From contig JBCCFY010000010.1 in NCBI GenBank assembly GCA_039110515.1, forward strand, positions 50,202 through 114,201: a stretch of DNA of 64,000 bases, written 5' to 3'. The DNA comes from Pseudomonadota bacterium. GTDB taxonomy: Bacteria > Pseudomonadota > Gammaproteobacteria > Arenicellales > Arenicellaceae. The notes beneath the pieces were generated by a model. The model searched no databases and was not told where the DNA came from. It saw only the letters and a program-made list of their open reading frames with translations. A program made the position numbers and the translations under genes. Positions 57,875 to 64,000 of the stretch are shown one piece after another (positions within the stretch are counted from its first letter, which is position 1; each line of letters begins with the position of its first letter).

Positions 57875-60358
57875 ATGGCGGAGTTTGAACTGCCTCACCT
57901 CAATATAAGTAACAGAGTAGTTCCGAGAGCTTATCAGGCCCCGCGCCAGAATTTTGGGGGAAACGAGACAGTAAGAATTCCTGCAGAACATGGAAGTCTA
58001 TTGCGTTCTCAGCTTGAAAGAGCGTTTGCAGAAAGTGATCAACTACGGCCGACCCAAGTAGATTTACCAGAGCAGCAGGGAAGTTTTTTAGAAGTTCAAG
58101 TTGCCAGAGGGAAACGAGGCGAGGATCTGGAAAGGAAAAAGATAGGGATACACCCTGGTGCCAGTAAACTTGATGAAAACGATATCTGTCACATTGTCCT
58201 TTATGTTCCCACAGAATCTCGAGAGGCGTTTTATTCGATTCTCGATGATTATCGTACTCACACTCCGACCGAAGATCACCCAAATCCTCCGAGAAAAGGT
58301 CTTGTAGAATCTATCGATGAGATTAGGAGGGCTCAACTGGAATCATTTTGGACTGATGATCCGGAAGCTTTACCCACCGATGCAGATCTAGAAATCTGGT
58401 GGGAGCTTTGGTGTTTTCCAAGCGCTGTAGATGAAGTAATTACGTTAGCTAGACAGCTTGGTGCCTTTGTCTCAGATTCGGAGTCATGGATGAGATTTCC
58501 AGAGTCCACCGTGGTGCAGGTGCTAGCAAAACGCCCTACTATAGAGTTGCTGCTATATGCTCCCTTTGGGCTTCTCGAATTAAGAAGAGCTAGTATTTCC
58601 CCATCTCTTTTTATGGATGGTAGTGGTCAAGATCAACGCGATTGGTCAGTTTCGTTAGCAGAACGAACTATCTGGCCCGATTCTACGGTACCAGCTGTTT
58701 GTCTTCTAGACACCGGCGTAAATAGAGGACACGTACTTATTGAGCCGGCATTGAGTGCTGGTGATCAACTTACTATTAAGCAAGAGTGGAATGTTGAAGA
58801 TGATCACGGCCATGGCACTCAGATGGCGGGTTTAGCACTACACGGAGACCTGACGACAAAACTATCGGATGAATATACACACCAGATGATTCATCGACTG
58901 GAGTCAGTCAAACTCCTCCCTCCGAATGGGTTTGAAGCGACAGATCCTCGTAGTTATGGTTGGGTTACTCAGGCTGCAGTTTCTCTAGGTGAGATAAATG
59001 AGGTTAGTCGCCAGCGAGTATTTTGTTGCGCAATAACGAACGAGGATGTCTCTGGATCAAGGCCGAGCAGTTGGAGTGCAGCAATTGATCAATGTGCTGC
59101 CGGTGTGATGCCAGCTGACGAAGATAATGCCCCGCGTAGACTTTTTATTCTTTCTTGCGGCAACATAGCTCCCGAGGTTGATCCAAGAATCCTAAGAGAT
59201 CAGAGTGAGTATCCTGTAGAGGATCCCTCTCAAGCCTGGAACGCCTTGACTGTAGGAGGGTTCACTAATAAATCGCACATTGATGAGGAAGGATATGAAG
59301 CTTGGAGACCATATGCGCAATCTGGGGATGTGAGCCCTTACTCAAGAACTTCTCAATTATGGCCTGCTGGGAAATCTCCATTTAAACCAGATATTGTAAT
59401 GGAGGCGGGAAACCGAGGCATTTCTCCAACGGAGACTGAACTACTGGGGTTTGATTCCTTGAGTCTGCTGACTACTAACAGAGATGTTGATCGGCAACCG
59501 TTAACGACATTTTGGGCGACAAGCGCTGCAACCGCTTTGGCTTCGCGTTTGGCTGCCAGAATCCTCGCAGATAATCCCGACTATTGGCCAGAAACAGTAA
59601 GAGCGCTAATAGTGCATAGCGCTCAATGGACTCCAACAATGTTGGATCAGCTTAATGAATCGCATATAAAAAAGGATCGTCATGCTTTGCTTCGCAGATT
59701 TGGTTATGGTGTTCCCTCATATGAGCGTGCGCACGCCTCTTCTCAGAATAACCTAGCTCTTGTGGCACAGAATGAAATTCAACCGTACAAAAACGATGGT
59801 GGTAGAAAATTTGGAGACTGTCATATTTATGACCTCCCGTGGCCGAGGGATATACTAGAACAACTTGGAGATTCTGAGGTCACTCTCAAAGTTACACTGT
59901 CTTATTTCATTGAACCAAATCCCGGGTACAGTGGTTCTGTAAATCCTCAGAGATATCAGTCCTATGGACTAAGATTTGATTTAAAGAGGGGAAACGAGAC
60001 CAGGGAAGATTTTATTGAGCGAGTCAACGCCCTCGAACGCGATGACCCATTGGCCGCTCATCAACAAGGCGTTGCTGATGACGGTTGGACATTCGGTCAG
60101 AGGAGTGTTGCTGCAGGCTCGCTGCACTGTGATGAGTGGTCCGGAACTGCGGTGAAACTAGCCAACCGTGATCTATTGTGTATTAAGCCCGTTGGGGGAT
60201 GGTGGAGGGATCGAGCCTCATTGGATATTTGTCAGAAGATGGCGCGTTACGCTTTAGTGTTAACGATATCCACACCCAGAGAAGACATAAACCTTTACAC
60301 AGAAATTTCAAACATTGTAGATGCAATGATTGAACTTCCGGTATCTATAGAGACCTAG
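57875..60358 (+). CDS. ietS: S8 subtilase, IetS-like
   Basis: VCLLDTGVN (D), HGHGTQMAG (H), ATSAA (S), WPETVRALIVHSA and GYGVP motifs; 15 nt after the ATPase. Confidence 0.9.
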   Translation: MAEFELPHLNISNRVVPRAYQAPRQNFGGNETVRIPAEHGSLLRSQLERAFAESDQLRPTQVDLPEQQGSFLEVQVARGKRGEDLERKKIGIHPGASKLDENDICHIVLYVPTESREAFYSILDDYRTHTPTEDHPNPPRKGLVESIDEIRRAQLESFWTDDPEALPTDADLEIWWELWCFPSAVDEVITLARQLGAFVSDSESWMRFPESTVVQVLAKRPTIELLLYAPFGLLELRRASISPSLFMDGSGQDQRDWSVSLAERTIWPDSTVPAVCLLDTGVNRGHVLIEPALSAGDQLTIKQEWNVEDDHGHGTQMAGLALHGDLTTKLSDEYTHQMIHRLESVKLLPPNGFEATDPRSYGWVTQAAVSLGEINEVSRQRVFCCAITNEDVSGSRPSSWSAAIDQCAAGVMPADEDNAPRRLFILSCGNIAPEVDPRILRDQSEYPVEDPSQAWNALTVGGFTNKSHIDEEGYEAWRPYAQSGDVSPYSRTSQLWPAGKSPFKPDIVMEAGNRGISPTETELLGFDSLSLLTTNRDVDRQPLTTFWATSAATALASRLAARILADNPDYWPETVRALIVHSAQWTPTMLDQLNESHIKKDRHALLRRFGYGVPSYERAHASSQNNLALVAQNEIQPYKNDGGRKFGDCHIYDLPWPRDILEQLGDSEVTLKVTLSYFIEPNPGYSGSVNPQRYQSYGLRFDLKRGNETREDFIERVNALERDDPLAAHQQGVADDGWTFGQRSVAAGSLHCDEWSGTAVKLANRDLLCIKPVGGWWRDRASLDICQKMARYALVLTISTPREDINLYTEISNIVDAMIELPVSIET

Positions 60359-60644
60359 AATCCTTTTTTTTGCCAAATCCAGATATTCCTTTGTATCCAA
60401 TGACTCTAGCGGTGCGCTGCATTTTTTGACGAACTTTTCTATCTCTCAGTAACTGCTTTGGGTCTTTACGGATGGCCCCAGAGTTACTGATAACAATTTT
60501 GCCGGAGCATATGAGTTTGTCGGCACCATTTGTTACAAGAGTTTCCTTCTCCACAGACCTCTCAGAATCAAAACTCTTAGCGCAATAAAAATAGTTGCGT
60601 ATGCGTTTGGTTAGTTTTGCGCAAGAGACGAACATAAGAGTCAT
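60345..60644 (-). CDS. Possible small basic hypothetical protein
   Basis: 99-aa ORF filling the intergenic gap, convergent on and overlapping the ietS stop. Confidence 0.3.
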   Translation of the reverse strand: MTLMFVSCAKLTKRIRNYFYCAKSFDSERSVEKETLVTNGADKLICSGKIVISNSGAIRKDPKQLLRDRKVRQKMQRTARVIGYKGISGFGKKKDSRSL

Positions 60645-60990
60645 TAGAGATCGATCCTGATCATCCTCAGTATTCCACAGTTCATGTATTACGAGTAGTC
60701 ATCTTCGTCTTTACATAAATTGTTAGGCCTGAATCAATCTATCAGCACGCGCGAGATTCGGATCAAGATTTTGGGATCGTTTGATAAATCGCCCTAGCAG
60801 ACTGCGCTAACAGCATGCTAGGACTTCTCCAACAAACCTGGAATGAGGTTATATGAAGCGTCGATATTATTATGAAAATTATGTTAAGAGTGAAGCTGGA
60901 GTTGTTGTCAAACTGCCGAATATCGCTGACTTCGATGATCGAGCTGGCTACGTTCAGGCCTTTCGAACGGCCACTAAGGAGGTGAAACCA

Positions 60991-61455
60991 ATGGATTTCA
61001 ATGCCATCGAGGGACTTATGCTTCAACGGGCATCACGTATCAAACCATTAACCAAAATGACGAATCGGCTCATAAAAGCACAGCAACGGAGCAGGATTAT
61101 TAGAATTATGGTGCTAGTAGCGATCTTCTTTGGATTGACCGCATGTGGCGGTGGTGGTAGTTCAAGTGGAGGAGGGCAACAAGAGTCCCTATCTGTTAAT
61201 GGGAACACTGCTGAGAACGCAAGGGCTGATCAATGTCTGACATTCGAAAATACACCAGCGGGTGATCGCCGTTATACAAATATTTGTTCGTTTACAATTC
61301 GTACCGCCTCGTTTAACTCCGATGGTAGTGTGGGCCGAGGAATAGCCCAACCAGGGACAACATTCTTAGTAACACAAGGACAAGCAATTCCCGTGGCCTG
61401 CGAAGAACCTTTCAATCCTCAGCAGAGTTCAAGCGGCGTCATATGCAGAATTTAG
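60991..61455 (+). CDS. Cys-containing lipoprotein with a long N-region (frame open from ATG 60853)
   Basis: SD TAAGGAGGTGA before ATG 60991; h-region followed by LTAC-GGGGSSSGGG; four further Cys. Confidence 0.7.
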   Translation: MDFNAIEGLMLQRASRIKPLTKMTNRLIKAQQRSRIIRIMVLVAIFFGLTACGGGGSSSGGGQQESLSVNGNTAENARADQCLTFENTPAGDRRYTNICSFTIRTASFNSDGSVGRGIAQPGTTFLVTQGQAIPVACEEPFNPQQSSSGVICRI

Positions 61456-63143
61456 TTGATATCTAGCGTACAAGGGCTGGTCGCCAGATTGTCGCACCGA
61501 ATTCGATTCCAACAGAGCACAGTGTCACCTGTGATTGAATTCTTGCACTGCCATGTCTGTATCCGATCCACGTTACTGCTAGATGTGAAAGCAGGCTGAT
61601 CATTGTCCCCAGAGTTGCACAAATTTGGATCCGAAAGTGAAAAAGGCGTAACGGAAGATGGATTGCCAACAAATCTTTCTTGGCCGTGATTGGATCCACA
61701 TGAAGGGGGCGTGCTGTCACCATCACCCGAACAGTTTTTGGTGCCGATAGATCCGCGCCGATTGCCGTTGCTAGCTAAACCTTCACATCGGGTTTGAGTA
61801 AATGACACCCCTGAACAGACAGTGCTAGGATCTGGAGCCCATGGTTCTACACATGTTGTTGAACAATTTCTGGTTCCTGGTCTCTCTTCAGTAGTCCCGC
61901 AGTTGTCACGCCAAGTTACTGTGTCTGTTGTACATACCGAGGCTGGGTTTAAGTCTGGTACCATCCCGGTTGACAATACTTGGTAGTTAACTACTCGACT
62001 TAGGTTTTTCCCTAGACATTCATCGCAAAGAGGAAAATTCGAACCCTTTGTGTCAAAAGAACAACCACAAGTTTGTAAGATCGTGTGATTACCACAAGAG
62101 GTCTGTCTGGGTTCACTATCTGCGCAGTCTACTGCCGTGACTGCGTAGTCTGTATCGAGGCAAAAATGGACCTTGTCGCTCGATTTGGGATTGTTCAGTA
62201 AGGAGTTTTTAGCTTTCGCCTTAAGGAAATCAACAAAGTCGTCTCTGCCTGCAAGTTTTTTTGTGAAAACAGGAATCTGGGCATTGCTATCAAGATTGTT
62301 TGCAGTAACTACAACAGGGTGATACTCCACTGAGCCTTCGCGCGTATCAACCAAACGGCGGTGTTCAATTTTAGCTGACGCCGAGGTAGGTTCTCCATGT
62401 GCGGCTACAATCTCAGGTGAGCTTAATCTAGCTATGTAGTCATCATGGGGAAAGTCTCCAACGTTGTTGGCAATCAGATCAGTTCGATTCTCAATGCAGG
62501 TCTCTATGTTTCCAGTACCAGTGGCATCTCTTACCGCGCCACAGAGATTAGTTTGTTGGAACTGGATACCTGAACAAACAGTATTTTCAGCCGGGGCAAA
62601 CAAACCGGCCTCACAGCATTTGGTTCCAGTTGCCTGTCTAGTACCTCTGCATTGGTTAGTTTGAGTAAAAGATTCTCCAGAACAAACAGTCCCTGGATCG
62701 GGCAACCATTGATCTATACAGCAATTTTTTGTGCCAGTTTTTTGTCGCGTGTACCCGCAGTTAGATGTCTGAGTAAACGTCTCTCCAGCGCAGATCGTGT
62801 TGGGTGCTGGGTTCCATGTCCAACCTTCATTCTTACTGTAGACATCGCGGCATCTCGTCGTGTTTAGTAGCGTTCCGCATTGCGTAACTTTATGGTTCTT
62901 ACACACTTTGACTGTATTGAGGTTCTCGTTGGTCCAAGTAACAGCACCACACATCAACGGATGATCCTTTTGGCCTAACAGTTGTCCGCGGTATTTGCCG
63001 CAATTGTCATATCTGGGAATGGAGGTGCCAACACAGTAACGGGTGGCAATGCTTGGTAGCCAACCATGATTCGGGCCACATAAATTGGCCTCTGCAATTG
63101 GAGTGAGAACGGAAAAAATTAGGATCAGAGTGATGATCTTCAT
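61452..63143 (-). CDS. Secreted Cys-rich repeat protein (38 Cys)
   Basis: The minus strand reads MKIITLILIFSVLTPIAEA from ATG 63143; five WxPxPxTVCSGxxFTQTxxCGxTRxxxGTKxC-like repeats. Confidence 0.85.
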   Translation of the reverse strand: MKIITLILIFSVLTPIAEANLCGPNHGWLPSIATRYCVGTSIPRYDNCGKYRGQLLGQKDHPLMCGAVTWTNENLNTVKVCKNHKVTQCGTLLNTTRCRDVYSKNEGWTWNPAPNTICAGETFTQTSNCGYTRQKTGTKNCCIDQWLPDPGTVCSGESFTQTNQCRGTRQATGTKCCEAGLFAPAENTVCSGIQFQQTNLCGAVRDATGTGNIETCIENRTDLIANNVGDFPHDDYIARLSSPEIVAAHGEPTSASAKIEHRRLVDTREGSVEYHPVVVTANNLDSNAQIPVFTKKLAGRDDFVDFLKAKAKNSLLNNPKSSDKVHFCLDTDYAVTAVDCADSEPRQTSCGNHTILQTCGCSFDTKGSNFPLCDECLGKNLSRVVNYQVLSTGMVPDLNPASVCTTDTVTWRDNCGTTEERPGTRNCSTTCVEPWAPDPSTVCSGVSFTQTRCEGLASNGNRRGSIGTKNCSGDGDSTPPSCGSNHGQERFVGNPSSVTPFSLSDPNLCNSGDNDQPAFTSSSNVDRIQTWQCKNSITGDTVLCWNRIRCDNLATSPCTLDIN

Positions 63144-63236
63144 TGTGCAGCTATCGTTTTTAAATTTGACAAATAGTCTGTAACACAATGCTCTAATCTG
63201 AAGAATCAGTGAAAACTAAATTGTTGATGGGACAAT

Positions 63237-63569
63237 TTAATCTGTACGTCTTTTGAAGCTCTCACATATGAATACGGCGTCAATGATTTGGTGCATTTCC
63301 AGGCAATATGCCTGAACTGTCGACTTTCCGGTCGTCGAGAGTGGACTGGAGAGTCCGCATCTCAAACGAGCTTTGCTGCAATCGACGCATAGAAACTTCG
63401 TTTCGTCGGATAGCATGGACAGTATTTGTCTGTACTGACTTGCGTTGATCCCAGAATCGGAGGAGGTCAATTGATCTAGCGTAGCATCGAAGTGAGTTTG
63501 TAAGATTCTGAATTCGGAGCGTAAGCTGTCGAGTGATTCGCCCAATGATTCCAATACGTGATCTTCCAT
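63237..63569 (-). CDS. Small helical protein overlapping the relaxase C-terminus (MbeB/MobB-like position)
   Basis: SD GAGG before ATG 63569; 110 aa in a different frame from the relaxase. Confidence 0.6.
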   Translation of the reverse strand: MEDHVLESLGESLDSLRSEFRILQTHFDATLDQLTSSDSGINASQYRQILSMLSDETKFLCVDCSKARLRCGLSSPLSTTGKSTVQAYCLEMHQIIDAVFICESFKRRTD

Positions 63570-64000
63570 TTAAAGCCTCTGTTGATGTGGTTAGTGGTTT
63601 ATGTATCTTGATGGGTGATGCAGGCTCGCTATTCACTGAGCAGGCATATCGCTTCTCATTGAGAATTTTTTTTCGTTCAAATGCGACTTTCAGTTGTGCT
63701 GCTGCAGTCTTCTCCCTATCAATCCTTTGGCTTGCAAATATCAAAGATTGTTTAGCTATCTCGCTCTCCGTTAGCTGGCCATTCCAAGATTCCAAGTAAA
63801 CGGCCCCCGTCAACCTAATGTTACGTTTGCTGGTATTCGTTCTTATGCTAATCGAGGACTTTGTTGTTCGGGCTACATTTATGCCTAGCCGCTCTAGCTC
63901 TTTAACAATATCGTCACGGGTTTCAATTTCTCCAGCAGCTATGCAAGCCTCTACGTGTGCATGTAGCTTTTGCCTAAGTCTCTCTACATCTTGGGGTAAA
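63280..64000 (-). CDS. MobA/MbeA-type relaxase, 5'-truncated by the window edge
   Basis: Frame open from 63999: LPQDVERLRQKLHAHVEACIAAGEIETRDDIVKELERLGINVARTTKSSISIR...NIRLTGAVY, characteristic of the post-catalytic region of ColE1-type relaxases. Confidence 0.75.
   Translation of the reverse strand, partial: LPQDVERLRQKLHAHVEACIAAGEIETRDDIVKELERLGINVARTTKSSISIRTNTSKRNIRLTGAVYLESWNGQLTESEIAKQSLIFASQRIDREKTAAAQLKVAFERKKILNEKRYACSVNSEPASPIKIHKPLTTSTEALNGRSRIGIIGRITRQLTLRIQNLTNSLRCYARSIDLLRFWDQRKSVQTNTVHAIRRNEVSMRRLQQSSFEMRTLQSTLDDRKVDSSGILPGNAPNH

Larger units (their letters stand above)
52729..64000. mobile_element. tRNA-Phe-integrated plasmid-like integrative mobilisable element (continues beyond the window)
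   Basis: att fragment, integrase, Xis-like gene, RepA with iterons, IetAS and relaxase; visibly more AT-rich than the metabolic block. Confidence 0.85.

Noticed and set aside
60722-60811. GTTAGGC and GCTAAC motifs suggesting an integron attC site
   Set aside because: The order is GTT...AAC on both strands (attC needs AAC...GTT), there is no long internal dyad, and no integron integrase is present.
63533-63799. 88-aa plus-strand ORF
   Set aside because: Antisense to the relaxase frame, which has recognisable MobA-like sequence.
1-64000. CRISPR array, rRNA, intact tRNA or IS transposase
   Set aside because: All intergenic gaps were read. The only regular array is the 21-bp-period iteron set, whose 6-8 nt gaps are too short for spacers, and no cas or transposase motifs were seen.

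Overview
Bacterial chromosomal window, probably from a marine Gammaproteobacterium (inferred from gene content only), with five blocks. (1) 1.1-19.2 kb: an ABC-transporter-dependent surface polysaccharide cluster with wzm/wzt, several GT4/GT2 glycosyltransferases (including a three-domain GT4 and WbpY/WbpZ-like enzymes), a sulfotransferase-GT2 fusion coupled to a stand-alone coiled-coil protein, two Gmd-like SDRs, a sugar C-methyltransferase and a second SAM methyltransferase. (2) 19.6-32.9 kb: a 1462-aa secreted protein with ten Ig-like repeats and a (KGS)9 tail, hydrolases, a GST, a TonB-dependent receptor and a large secreted CxxCH protein. (3) 33.1-41.3 kb: a methylamine/betaine catabolic locus with two GcvT-family dehydrogenases (the first apparently needing an ATT start), a corrinoid protein, a non-pyrrolysine MttB and a GcvA-like LysR regulator. 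(4) 41.9-52.5 kb: accessory genes, namely an uncharacterised four-gene membrane protein/lipoprotein/trypsin-like protease operon and a partly decayed defence islet (hsdR fragment, SRA-HNH, amber-interrupted TIGR02391-like gene, two FRG genes). (5) 52.7 kb to beyond the window end: an integrative, probably mobilisable, plasmid-like element bounded by a tRNA-Phe 3' fragment. It carries a tyrosine integrase, an Xis-like protein, RepA with an iteron/AT-rich/DnaA-box origin, IetAS, two Cys-containing exported proteins and a ColE1-type relaxase with an overlapping gene. Family assignments come from motif recognition, not database searches.
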